Part shown: in pieces, positions 41,031-50,051 of the stretch
Numbering within the stretch: the first letter of the stretch is position 1
Layout of the letters: every line of letters begins with the position of its first letter
Assembly (NCBI GenBank): GCA_964490105.1
Contig: CAZAZU010000001.1
Location: 434,361 to 498,360 of the forward strand
DNA from: an uncultured Gammaproteobacteria bacterium
Lineage (GTDB): Bacteria; Patescibacteriota; Microgenomatia; Levybacterales; UBA12049
DNA: 64,000 nucleotides
Direction of reading: 5' to 3'
Position numbers and translations under genes: made by a program
The notes under the pieces: model-generated
The model's input: the letters and a program-made list of their open reading frames with translations, nothing else
What the model was told of the DNA's origin: nothing
Databases searched by the model: none

Positions 41031-41104
41031 GCCCCGTTCGTCTAGTGGTCTAGGACGCAACCTTCTCAAGGTTGAGATCAGGGGTTCGACTCCCCTACGG
41101 GGTA
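41031..41104 (+). tRNA. tRNA-Glu (anticodon CTC), CCA not encoded
   Basis: Acceptor stem GCCCCGT/ACGGGGT, D arm GTCT-AGTGGTCT-AGGAC, anticodon arm CAACC-TTCTCAA-GGTTG, T arm AGGGG-TTCGACT-CCCCT; discriminator A41104 followed by CTA; TAAAAT at 41015-41020. Confidence 0.95.
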
Positions 41105-41859
41105 CTAATTAAATTTGATATTGGCTCGAAGTTATCATTACTAAGCTCTTTTTTAATAATTTTCCCTTTAATTTTTCTAACTAAATATGCTTTTCCTCTA
41201 GAATTTATCTTTAGAATTCTAAATACGTTGTCTACTATCTCTATAGCAGCGCGATTATCTACGGCTAGACCAATACCTCCATCGCGACTGATCAAACGAG
41301 AGAAATCTTTTTCCCTCTTTTCAAAATGATAATGTGGACAGAATATAAAATTAAATAAACCAAGTCCTTTTACTTTTATAAATGGCCAGGATTCCCCATT
41401 CTTAGACGTGAACATTCTTGAATCACTATGACCATAAGAGAACCAACATATCGCTCCAGCTGAAAGACCCGACAAGACAATTCCCTGATCAAACGCTTTT
41501 CTTAATGCTTTGTCTACGCCAAGCCTTCTCCAAACTAACATCATCTTAAGTGTGTTCCCTCCTCCGACGTAAATAGCATCCGTGGAAAAAATCTTTTCTT
41601 CAATCTCTTTTTTCGGCGACTTATTATCTAAAATTAAAACATCAGTCTTGCAATTTAGATTTTGAAACCACTCTTCAAATGCTTTTATGTATCTTTTGGA
41701 ATTTTTACTCGCAGTAGGAATGAATAGAATTTTAGGATTCTTTTTACCAGTTAAGCGAATTATTTCATTATCTATTCCAGTAATTTCAATCTCTGGACCA
41801 TATTTTTCAAAGTCTCCTTTTTCTATATCTTCTCCGCCAATTGCCACAATTTTTCCCAT
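41095..41859 (-). CDS. Peptidase S51 (dipeptidase E-like, class I GATase fold)
   Basis: AIGG, FIPTAS, YVGGGNT, GLSAGA nucleophile motif, CPHY. Confidence 0.85.
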   Translation of the reverse strand: MGKIVAIGGEDIEKGDFEKYGPEIEITGIDNEIIRLTGKKNPKILFIPTASKNSKRYIKAFEEWFQNLNCKTDVLILDNKSPKKEIEEKIFSTDAIYVGGGNTLKMMLVWRRLGVDKALRKAFDQGIVLSGLSAGAICWFSYGHSDSRMFTSKNGESWPFIKVKGLGLFNFIFCPHYHFEKREKDFSRLISRDGGIGLAVDNRAAIEIVDNVFRILKINSRGKAYLVRKIKGKIIKKELSNDNFEPISNLISTP

Positions 41860-41903
41860 GAAAAAGATTATAAGGTGAAGCTATTCGAATTACAACCTGA
41901 AGC

Positions 41904-42029
41904 CTACATCATGTAGAAGACTGCGAAGATTACAAAGACTGCAAATATTATTATAACTTGAGTGGAATTAAATCCAGCCCAAGTTTCCTTCTTGTGGCTT
42001 ACTGATTTTTTTACTTTTCTTTTAGGCAT
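41904..42029 (-). CDS. Putative 41-aa small membrane protein (absent from the ORF track)
   Basis: ATG 42029 to TAG 41904 encodes MPKRKVKKSVSHKKETWAGFNSTQVIIIFAVFVIFAVFYMM; perfect TTGACA upstream at 42065-42060. Confidence 0.6.
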   Translation of the reverse strand: MPKRKVKKSVSHKKETWAGFNSTQVIIIFAVFVIFAVFYMM

Positions 42030-42076
42030 TAGTTAATTAATGTCACAATTGAAAAGTCTTGTCAAGTAAGAAGAGA

Positions 42077-44446
42077 TTAATCAGCCTGCGTAGGCGAAGG
42101 TGCATGAAGAAGAGGCCTTTGAACGACACTCTTTGTTCTTACTAATGGTTTGGCCAAGGCAATATCTAGTACTTCATCCATGTGAGAAACGAATTTAAAA
42201 TCTAAATCTCTCATGACTTCTTTAGGTACATCTATAAGATCTTTTTTATTATCTTTTGGAAGAATTATAGTTTTTAGTCCTGCGCGGTGAGCTGCAATTA
42301 CTTTTTCCTTAACTCCGCCTATTTCAAGAACCCTTCCCCTGAGAGTCACCTCTCCTGTCATTCCAACTGTTCTTTTTACCGGAATTTTTGTGAGAGCTGA
42401 TACTATAGCAGTCGTAATTGTATCTCCAGCTGAAGGACCGTCTTTAGGAACTGCTCCCTCCGGAACGTGGACATGAACATCAATTTTTTGGAAAAACTTA
42501 GCTGATAGCCCAAGCTCAACTCCCCTTGCTCTGATATAAGACATCGCGGCTTGCATAGATTCCTTCATAACATCCCCTAGTTGACCGGTTAAAATTAAAC
42601 TTCCTTTTCCTGGCATAAGTGCTACTTCTATAAATAGTATATCCCCTCCAGCTTCAGTCCAAGCAAGTCCAGTTGCCATTCCTATTTCGTCTTTTTTCTC
42701 AATAAGAGTTGCTTTCATTTTAATTGGCCCCAAATATTTAGTCACATTTTTACTTGTAATTATTATTTTTTTCTTCTTTCCTTCAGCTACGAGTTTTGCG
42801 ATTTTTCGTAGCAATCTAGCTACTTGGCGCTCCAAATTTCTGACACCTGATTCCCTAGTGTAATGTTCAATTATAAATCTCAAGCCTCCATCGGTTAACT
42901 CTACTTCTTTTGAGGTTAATCCATGAGCCTCCATCTGTTTTTTAATTAGGAAGTCTTTAGCGATATGGAATTTTTCCTCATGAGTATAACCTGCAAAATT
43001 AATTATTTCTAATCTATCTCTTAAAGCTGGCGGAATTGTATAAAGAACGTTTGCTGTTGTTATAAACATTACGTCAGATAGATCAAATGGAACCTCCAGA
43101 TAATGATCTGAGAATGCTCCGTTTTGCTCCGGATCAAGTGCTTCTAAAAGTGCAGAGGAAGGGTCACCTCTGAAATCTGCTCCAACTTTATCGATTTCAT
43201 CCAGCATAAAGACTGGATTTTTAGTTCCCGCATCTTTAATTCCCTGAATTATTCTTCCCGGAAGCGCTCCTACGTATGTTCTTCTATGTCCTCTAATTTC
43301 AGCTTCATCGCGAATTCCCCCAAGTGAAACTTTTACAAATTCGCGACCAAGTGCATGCGCAATAGATTTTCCGATAGAAGTTTTTCCAACTCCAGGAGGC
43401 CCGACGAAACAAAGGATCGGTCCCTTCATTTTTCCTGAAAGTTTTTGAACAGCTAGGTACTCAACAATTCTCTCTTTAGCGTCTTTTAGCCCAAAGTGGT
43501 CGCTATTTAACATCTTTTCAGCTTTTTTTACCTCTAGATTTGTCCTGCTTTCTTTACTCCATGGAAGATCAATTAACCAATCAAGATAATTTCTTATGTA
43601 TCCAGCTTCTGGATTAAATTGTGCCATTTGGGATAGCTTTTTAGCTTCTTTCTTTGCTTTCTCTTCTACATCTTCGGGCATTCCGGCTTCCTTAATTTTT
43701 TGCATAAGCTCTCTGATTTCATTATCCTCATCACTTTCACCAAGTTCTTTTTCAATTGTTTTAAGTCTCTCCCTAAGCATAACTTCGCGAGCACCTTTTT
43801 CAAATCTCTCTTGAGTTTTTGAAGCAATCTTTCTTTCTAGCTCTAAAACTTTAATTTCTTTAGCTAAAAGCTCAGTCACTCTCTCAAGCCTCTTTTTTAC
43901 ATCCGTCATCTCGAGTAATTCTTGTTTTTGTGAAGGTTTTAGATCCAAAACTGAAGCAATAAGGTCAGCAAGCTGACCAGCAGGATTGTCAGGAGACATA
44001 ATATTCATAAATACAAGAAAATCTGCAGTTTTTCCTAGATTCATAGCGCGCCTGAATTCGTTTGTTAAGTGATTACATAAGGCTTTAATTTCTGCGGTTT
44101 CATTTGAATCTTCGGGAAGTTCTTCAACATGACCTACCAAGAAATTATCATTCTCATGGAAAGAGTTTATTTTTACACGGGAAATACCCCGCACCTGAGC
44201 ATTAATCTCTCCATCAGTTTTTATCATTCGCTCAATTCGGCAAAGAGTACCTGTACTAAAAATATCGGATGGACTTGGATCATTCACGCGTGCAGATTTT
44301 TGAAGCACAAAACAAACAATTCTTTCCTGGCTGAACGAAATCTCAAGCGCAGCAAGGCTTTTTGGCCTGCCAAAAGTAAGAACTGAATCTGTATTTGGGA
44401 ATATTATTCCGTCTCGAATTGGGATTATGGGGACTACCTTCTCCAT
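42077..44446 (-). CDS. lon: ATP-dependent protease La (LonA)
   Basis: Lon N-domain, GPPGVGKT Walker A, RGHRRTY, LDEIDK Walker B, PKDGPSAG catalytic Ser, GGVKEK catalytic Lys. Confidence 0.97.
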   Translation of the reverse strand: MEKVVPIIPIRDGIIFPNTDSVLTFGRPKSLAALEISFSQERIVCFVLQKSARVNDPSPSDIFSTGTLCRIERMIKTDGEINAQVRGISRVKINSFHENDNFLVGHVEELPEDSNETAEIKALCNHLTNEFRRAMNLGKTADFLVFMNIMSPDNPAGQLADLIASVLDLKPSQKQELLEMTDVKKRLERVTELLAKEIKVLELERKIASKTQERFEKGAREVMLRERLKTIEKELGESDEDNEIRELMQKIKEAGMPEDVEEKAKKEAKKLSQMAQFNPEAGYIRNYLDWLIDLPWSKESRTNLEVKKAEKMLNSDHFGLKDAKERIVEYLAVQKLSGKMKGPILCFVGPPGVGKTSIGKSIAHALGREFVKVSLGGIRDEAEIRGHRRTYVGALPGRIIQGIKDAGTKNPVFMLDEIDKVGADFRGDPSSALLEALDPEQNGAFSDHYLEVPFDLSDVMFITTANVLYTIPPALRDRLEIINFAGYTHEEKFHIAKDFLIKKQMEAHGLTSKEVELTDGGLRFIIEHYTRESGVRNLERQVARLLRKIAKLVAEGKKKKIIITSKNVTKYLGPIKMKATLIEKKDEIGMATGLAWTEAGGDILFIEVALMPGKGSLILTGQLGDVMKESMQAAMSYIRARGVELGLSAKFFQKIDVHVHVPEGAVPKDGPSAGDTITTAIVSALTKIPVKRTVGMTGEVTLRGRVLEIGGVKEKVIAAHRAGLKTIILPKDNKKDLIDVPKEVMRDLDFKFVSHMDEVLDIALAKPLVRTKSVVQRPLLHAPSPTQAD

Positions 44447-44452
44447 ATAGTA

Positions 44453-44479
44453 TTAGCACTCTATCATAGGACCTGCTAG
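44453..44479. promoter_or_regulatory. CIRCE-like (HrcA) operator upstream of lon
   Basis: TTAGCACTC-N9-ACCTGCTAG versus the consensus TTAGCACTC-N9-GAGTGCTAA: one perfect half-site and one 5/9 half-site. Confidence 0.7.
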
Positions 44480-44486
44480 TTGTCAA
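44458..44486 (-). promoter_or_regulatory. Sigma70-type promoter of lon
   Basis: TTGACA (44486-44481), 17-nt spacer ending TGa, TAGAGT (44463-44458). Confidence 0.65.
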
Positions 44487-44521
44487 CCGGTAAATCTAGC
44501 CTCGCATTTAACTCTTGGGGG

Positions 44522-44549
44522 TTGACAAAAAATATTATGAGTCTAGAAT
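44522..44549 (+). promoter_or_regulatory. Sigma70-type promoter of the DUF1003-nth unit
   Basis: TTGACA-N16-TAGAAT, ending 6 nt before ATG 44556. Confidence 0.65.
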
Positions 44550-44555
44550 TAATAT

Positions 44556-45050
44556 ATGAAGAAGAGATTAACAAATCAGCATCCAACACTTCCGATCGGA
44601 GTCACCCCTGAACAGCTTGTAAAAAAACTGCACTCATTTGAAGGTCGCCTTGCAGACTTTATATCTAGATTTGCTGGAAGCATGTACTTCGTCTACTTTC
44701 ATGTATTCTGGTTTGGAGCTTGGGTATTATTAAATCATGGAACAATTGGCTTCTTTAAGTTCGATCCTTTCCCCTATGGATTGCTTACTATGATCGTCTC
44801 CCTGGAGGCGATTTTTCTTTCAACCTTTATCATGATTAATCAGAACAGACAAGCGCTCGTAGACACCGTTAGAGAGCTTGAAGAAGATGCTGAGGAGCTC
44901 GAAGAAGAAAAGGAACAGGAAGAGTTAGAGGAAGACGTTCAGGACATTCAAAAAGATCTTGATGACATTAAAAACGCAATGGCGTTTATTCAGCAGAAAA
45001 TCTCAGGCCTCGAAAAAATCCCATCCTCCTCAGATAAAACAAAAAGCTAA
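44556..45050 (+). CDS. DUF1003-domain membrane protein
   Basis: LADFI..FAGSM, FDPFPYGLLTMIVSLEAIFLSTFIMINQNR, acidic coiled-coil tail. Confidence 0.85.
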   Translation: MKKRLTNQHPTLPIGVTPEQLVKKLHSFEGRLADFISRFAGSMYFVYFHVFWFGAWVLLNHGTIGFFKFDPFPYGLLTMIVSLEAIFLSTFIMINQNRQALVDTVRELEEDAEELEEEKEQEELEEDVQDIQKDLDDIKNAMAFIQQKISGLEKIPSSSDKTKS

Positions 45051-45052
45051 AA

Positions 45053-45676
45053 ATGACCAAAAACGAAAAGGCAGAAAAAATTTTTATTGAACTTCAAAAA
45101 CTTTTTCCAAATGTAAAAATCGCCATCAACTATACTACTCCCCTTGAACTTCTAATCGCAGTCATTATGTCAGCCCAGTCTACTGACAAACAAGTGAATG
45201 TGATCACAGCCGATTTATTTAAAAAATACAAATCAATTGAAGACTACATAAAGACACCCCTTCCGGAATTTGAACATGACATAAAAAGAATTGGATTATT
45301 TAGGGCAAAGGCTAAAAACATAAAGGCGGCAGTAGAAATGATAAAGAAAGACTATGATGGTAAAGTTCCGGATACTATGGAAGATCTGCTCAAACTTCCA
45401 GGAGTTGGAAGAAAAACTGCAAATGTTGTTCTTTATACTATTTTTGGAAAAACAGAAGGAATCGCGATTGACACTCATGCCAGACGATTTAGCCAGCTTT
45501 TCGGATTTTCCAAAACTGACGATGTTGTAAAAATAGAGAAAGATCTTATGACTGCTTTTCCTAAAAGTGAGTGGGGAGAAATTACTTATCTATTTGCAGA
45601 ATATGGAAGAAAGTACTGTACCGCCCGCTGCAAACACACTGAGTGTCCTTTGAAAAACTTCATTCACAGATTATAA
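45053..45676 (+). CDS. nth: Endonuclease III (HhH-GPD DNA glycosylase)
   Basis: LLIAVIMSAQSTD, LPGVGRKTANVV (HhH with catalytic K), AIDTH (catalytic D); the 4Fe-4S Cys motif is degenerate. Confidence 0.9.
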   Translation: MTKNEKAEKIFIELQKLFPNVKIAINYTTPLELLIAVIMSAQSTDKQVNVITADLFKKYKSIEDYIKTPLPEFEHDIKRIGLFRAKAKNIKAAVEMIKKDYDGKVPDTMEDLLKLPGVGRKTANVVLYTIFGKTEGIAIDTHARRFSQLFGFSKTDDVVKIEKDLMTAFPKSEWGEITYLFAEYGRKYCTARCKHTECPLKNFIHRL

Positions 45677-45704
45677 ATACATCATATATTGATATATGAG
45701 TTAC

Positions 45705-46517
45705 TTAAATAGTAAATTCCAGAAGCAATGGAAGGTGATCTGAAACTGTTTCATTCGGAACATCAAAAGACTTTACTTTAATTTCATCCGAAATCAATAT
45801 GTAATCAGCGAATTTTTCCGTAGTTTTTTTATAGTGAGTGCTTCTAGTTGTTCCAATCCCAAACTCTTTAATTAAATTTGTCATTTTTTCTTCAAGTATT
45901 CCAATACTTTTAGTATCTGGCCTTAAATTAAAATCTCCGGTAATAATCTTTGGGCCTTCAAATGAATCATAGATTTTCAAAATTGCTTCTATTTGAGCAA
46001 TGCTTTGCGATGAATCTGTCTTCGCACCAGGCATCCAATATCCATGAAAATTTCCGATTAAAACTTCTTTACCGTTTACTTTTATTTTAATGCAGTGAAT
46101 ATTTCGAGGAAGATCCATTCCATCTGTAATCCCTTCAATTATTGCTGGAGGAGCAAAATCATATTCGCCATGTACAAAATATGTTTCTTCAGAAATCAAT
46201 TCAACATTTTTTCTAACAAAAGTTGCCTGACCAAAAGCTAAATCAAAATCAACCTTAACTTGAGTGTCATAACCAGTAATAATCGGAGCATAAAAACCAG
46301 TAAATTCTGGGAGAATTTTTAAAAGATTATCATATAAATCTGTTTTAACACCATTGCTAATTTTTGACTCCTTAGAATGAAATACCTCCTGAAAACAAAA
46401 AATATCAGTATCTTTTGATTGTTTTTTTATATATTCAATCAGTTCTTCATAAATAGTTCCGCCCCAAACATTTAAACTTGATAATTTTATCCCGTTAGAC
46501 AATTTATTGTTCTTCAT
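45705..46517 (-). CDS. Endonuclease/exonuclease/phosphatase (EEP) family protein
   Basis: SLNVW, DIFCFQEV, NFH, GDFN, DYI, SDHLP; start could be ATG 46517 or TTG 46523/46526. Confidence 0.88.
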   Translation of the reverse strand: MKNNKLSNGIKLSSLNVWGGTIYEELIEYIKKQSKDTDIFCFQEVFHSKESKISNGVKTDLYDNLLKILPEFTGFYAPIITGYDTQVKVDFDLAFGQATFVRKNVELISEETYFVHGEYDFAPPAIIEGITDGMDLPRNIHCIKIKVNGKEVLIGNFHGYWMPGAKTDSSQSIAQIEAILKIYDSFEGPKIITGDFNLRPDTKSIGILEEKMTNLIKEFGIGTTRSTHYKKTTEKFADYILISDEIKVKSFDVPNETVSDHLPLLLEFTI

Positions 46518-46553
46518 ATTCAACAAAAGCTCCCGTAAATTTTCTAACGGGAT
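46489..46553. repeat. 18-bp inverted repeat with a nested alternative hairpin over the EEP gene start
   Basis: 46489-46506 ATCCCGTTAGACAATTTA versus the reverse complement of 46536-46553, ATCCCGTTAGAAAATTTA (17/18); nested TCCCGT...ACGGGA at 46531-46552. Confidence 0.75.
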
Positions 46554-46574
46554 TCATAAGTGGAATTATAATTT

Positions 46575-47228
46575 TTATCTAACGCCTGAGCAAGTAGAAG
46601 GATTCCAGAGGCCTTTATATTTATTTCTTGATTCAATCTGTGCTTGTTTAAATTCCGATTGATATTTATATGAAGAATCGTACGTATATTCATATGCATA
46701 ACCTTCTTCTATCATATATTTATTAAAATTAGTTCCGTCTGGAAAAAAAACGTAAACCAATAGTCTTTTATATTTATCCCGCTCACTTTGAGTATCGTCA
46801 AATTCTAAAGTAACAAATTTTCCCTCTAATAATTCTTTTGCCTTATTACTCGCCTCTTTTCCAAAACATTGAACCTCTTTTCTAGGGTCTACTGTTTCTG
46901 GCGTGTCTATTCCAATCAATCTCAGACGTTCAATTTTCCCATCGATATTTACATCCATTGTATCTCCGTCCACAACTTTAATAACTTCATATCCATTTTC
47001 AGATTCAATATTATTGTCATTTAAATCCTCAAAGATTGGCGTAATGATTGGAGCCCGAGTTATATAAACTCCAAGAGTACTTTCACTTTCAATTGGAGCT
47101 TGAGTCGGTGTTGGCCTAACGAATGAACCAGTTAACTTAGAGCTATCGTCTGACAGAAGTATTGCAACTGAAGAAACAAGGATGATGATAAGCGTGAAAA
47201 GTAAATTAATTTTTTTCCGGGGTGTCAT
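46575..47228 (-). CDS. Membrane-anchored thermonuclease (SNase family)
   Basis: N-terminal TM, P/T linker, VVDGDT, RLIGIDTPE, RDKYKRLLVYV, EGYA, GLW. Confidence 0.9.
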   Translation of the reverse strand: MTPRKKINLLFTLIIILVSSVAILLSDDSSKLTGSFVRPTPTQAPIESESTLGVYITRAPIITPIFEDLNDNNIESENGYEVIKVVDGDTMDVNIDGKIERLRLIGIDTPETVDPRKEVQCFGKEASNKAKELLEGKFVTLEFDDTQSERDKYKRLLVYVFFPDGTNFNKYMIEEGYAYEYTYDSSYKYQSEFKQAQIESRNKYKGLWNPSTCSGVR

Positions 47229-48586
47229 TAAATAAAGAGTGAAACGATTGTAGCAATGCCTGCTAATGTCATCAAACCGGTTATAAGAATTCCAAGTAAA
47301 GTTGCTATTGGATGATTAACTCTGTCTCCCATTACTTTTTTATTACTGCTTAACAAAATGATTAAAATTAAAATAACAGGGGCCACGAGTCCATTAACTA
47401 CAGCAGAAAATATTAAAGCTTTAATTGGATCAATTCCCACAAAATTAAGCGCTACACCAAGAAGCGTTGATATAATTATAATTCCATAAAATGCGTTTGC
47501 CTCTTTAAGTTTTCTATAAAGTCCTACTTTCCACCCAAAGCTTTCACTCATAGCATATGACGCAGAGCCAGCAAGCACAGGAATCGCAAGCATACCTGTT
47601 CCAATAACTCCCAATGCGAAAAGTAGATATGCATACTCTCCAGCAATAGGCCTAAGTGCAGCTGCAGCTTCTGCAGCGGTTGGGATATTCGTTACGCCGT
47701 TTGCAAAAAGAGTGGCGGCACAAGCTGCAATTATAAAAAACATTACCAGATTACTTAAAAACATACCGCTCCAAACGTCCTGGCGCATTAATTTTATTTC
47801 TTTATCAGTTACCGCTTCCTGCCTAAGCTTTAATGTGGTTTGTCCTTTTAATATACTTTCCTCCACCTCTTGAGATGTCTGCCAGAAAAACAAATACGGA
47901 GAAATAGTTGTACCTAATATAGCGCATATAAGAAATATTTGCTCTTTAGAGAAAACAACTGTTGGGATTAGTGCGCCCGTTATTAATTCTCTGACATCGA
48001 GCTTTACTAAAACTGCTGCCGCAATATAAGAAAGAAGAATTAATGCTAAATATTTTAAATATTTCGCATACTTTTCATAACTCACAAATATCTGGAGTGC
48101 TAAGCTCACGATTGCAAATCCAAGAACCAACGTAGCAAAGCTAACACTGGGAAATATTAACTGTGTAGATTTAGCCATGGCACCTATATTTGCCCCAATA
48201 TTAAGAGTATTAGCAAAGAATAAAAGTGCAGTACAAAGATACAAAACCCACTTTGGAAAATGAATTCTTATATTACCAGCAAGCCCTCGTCCAGTTACGA
48301 GTCCGAGCCGGGCACACATTTCCTGAACTATAGACATTAAGGGAAAAGTAAAACCGGCAAGCCACAGCAGTTGAAATCCATATTGCGCTCCTGCCTGAGA
48401 ATAGGTAGCTATTCCCGAAGGATCATCATCAGCTGCACCTGTCGTGAGTCCGGGTCCTAAATTATGCCAATACTTTTTAGCTTTTTTTACACCTCCCCGA
48501 TTTACTAGATTCTCTGAAATAGTTACTGTTTTATCTAAAACATCAGCTGGGGCACCTACAATTTTTTCAAACTGTTTTTCGACCAT
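47228..48586 (-). CDS. NRAMP-family divalent metal transporter
   Basis: LGPGLTTGAADDDPSGIATYSQAGA, QEMCARLG, GTTISPY, about 11 TMs. Confidence 0.88.
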   Translation of the reverse strand: MVEKQFEKIVGAPADVLDKTVTISENLVNRGGVKKAKKYWHNLGPGLTTGAADDDPSGIATYSQAGAQYGFQLLWLAGFTFPLMSIVQEMCARLGLVTGRGLAGNIRIHFPKWVLYLCTALLFFANTLNIGANIGAMAKSTQLIFPSVSFATLVLGFAIVSLALQIFVSYEKYAKYLKYLALILLSYIAAAVLVKLDVRELITGALIPTVVFSKEQIFLICAILGTTISPYLFFWQTSQEVEESILKGQTTLKLRQEAVTDKEIKLMRQDVWSGMFLSNLVMFFIIAACAATLFANGVTNIPTAAEAAAALRPIAGEYAYLLFALGVIGTGMLAIPVLAGSASYAMSESFGWKVGLYRKLKEANAFYGIIIISTLLGVALNFVGIDPIKALIFSAVVNGLVAPVILILIILLSSNKKVMGDRVNHPIATLLGILITGLMTLAGIATIVSLFI

Positions 48587-48637
48587 ACAGTATTAGTAGA
48601 TCATTTATTGCTTGATGTAGTCAAGTGATAGGAACGT

Positions 48638-49159
48638 TTAGAGATTCGGGTTATTCTTGTCTTTATCCGATAAAACTGGTTCTCCGTCTAATTGCCAGGG
48701 AATATTTAAAGTTGGATCATTCCATGCAACTCCTCGTTCTCTTTCGGGAGTCCATTCATCATCTGTTAAATATGCGTAATCTGCTTCTTCGCTTAAAACA
48801 AGATATGAATTTCCTATCCCCTTCGGTACAAAGATACTTGCCCTATTATCTTCTCCAATTATAAATGACTCATATTTTCCGTATGTGCCTGATCCTTCAC
48901 GAAAATCCACCGCAACAACCTGAACTCTTCCTCTTACAGCATATATCAATTTATTCCACGGAGCGATATGGATTCCCCTAAGTGTATTTCTAGAAGATCT
49001 CGCGTGATTCATTTGCTTTACATCGAATTTAATTCCAGTAACATCTTCCAACTCTCTTATTCTAACTGGTTCTCTAAAAAAACCGCGATTATCTACTAAT
49101 GTTGGTCTTTTAATTAGAACGAGCCCTTGGATACTAGTTTTTGTAATCGTATCTTCCAT
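48638..49159 (-). CDS. rmlC: dTDP-4-dehydrorhamnose 3,5-epimerase family (RmlC/RfbC)
   Basis: DNRGFFRE, Q.NH..S, LRGIH, VDFR..S.TYGK, WNDP.LNIPW, LSDKD. Confidence 0.85.
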   Translation of the reverse strand: MEDTITKTSIQGLVLIKRPTLVDNRGFFREPVRIRELEDVTGIKFDVKQMNHARSSRNTLRGIHIAPWNKLIYAVRGRVQVVAVDFREGSGTYGKYESFIIGEDNRASIFVPKGIGNSYLVLSEEADYAYLTDDEWTPERERGVAWNDPTLNIPWQLDGEPVLSDKDKNNPNL

Positions 49160-49172
49160 TTGTTTAATAATA

Positions 49173-50039
49173 TCAGTGTCCCGGTGCTCTTACAACATTT
49201 CTTTTTTGATCAAGATCTATTTCAAGTCCAATTCTCAAAATTGTTTCTTCTAATACTTTTCTCATGTCTGATCCCTTTTTATAATTTGCAGTATAAGGGC
49301 CTACCGTTATTCTTTTTCCGCGTGCCAACTCATATCCTTTTTCAAAATCTCCAAAAGGAGCCGAAACCCCAATCCCTGTCCCTCCATTTGACGTTACTGC
49401 AGAAAGGCACGGGACATCACTTGGTCCATCTCCAATGTAAATCATTCTTGAAAGAGGAATTCGCTGAGACTCAGTTGTTATAGCATCATTAATTCTATAA
49501 GGATTTTTTCTTAAATCCCTGACGCTTACTCCTTTTCTTATTCCATGAAGATATCTTGTTTTCTCAGTAAAACTAATTGCTGTTTTAATTCCCACTGGAT
49601 TTCCTTTTTTATCATATGCAAAATTACATCCGAAAATTCCATCAATAAATGGTGCAATTTTTGTCCCCCTAATTAATTCTTCAAATCCGCCACTGATTAT
49701 ATAAAATTCGAGACTTATCCTTGCTTCTTTTAGTTTTGGGTTTTTTAAAACATATTCCTTTAATTCATTAATTGCGTTTGGGAGTCCTGGAAAAAGTTTT
49801 AATGATTTACCAGTTTCTCTTAAAGCTTTTTCAGATATATTAATTTTTCCGTCATACGATAGATTAAGAATTTTATGCATATATGCTAGCGGAGGATCCC
49901 ATCCATCTTCTACCATTTGGTTTATTTCTTTCCAGAAATCAGGTGCCTTTATTTTTTGTTTTTCCAGAAACAGGGAGATTGTATCGGGGCCTAAGGTCTC
50001 GTCAAAATCAAAAACTACTGCAATTATCTTCTCTGCCAT
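49173..50039 (-). CDS. HAD-like hydrolase
   Basis: FDFDETL motif I, IISGG motif II, EKT, YIGDGPSD motif IV. Confidence 0.85.
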   Translation of the reverse strand: MAEKIIAVVFDFDETLGPDTISLFLEKQKIKAPDFWKEINQMVEDGWDPPLAYMHKILNLSYDGKINISEKALRETGKSLKLFPGLPNAINELKEYVLKNPKLKEARISLEFYIISGGFEELIRGTKIAPFIDGIFGCNFAYDKKGNPVGIKTAISFTEKTRYLHGIRKGVSVRDLRKNPYRINDAITTESQRIPLSRMIYIGDGPSDVPCLSAVTSNGGTGIGVSAPFGDFEKGYELARGKRITVGPYTANYKKGSDMRKVLEETILRIGLEIDLDQKRNVVRAPGH

Positions 50040-50051
50040 GAGAGGATTATA

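Noticed and set aside
41031-41104. tRNA as the att site of an intact genomic island
   Set aside because: No duplicate of the tRNA 3' end and no integrase seen in the window; only a possible old scar is noted
41072-41329. 85-aa plus-strand ORF
   Set aside because: It starts inside the tRNA and runs antisense to the peptidase gene
44870-44970. GAA-rich low-complexity stretch in the DUF1003 gene
   Set aside because: Explained by the Glu-rich coiled-coil coding sequence; not a tandem repeat element
48587-48637. Metal-sensing riboswitch upstream of the NRAMP gene
   Set aside because: Only 51 bp of intergenic space, with no recognisable yybP-ykoY-like structure
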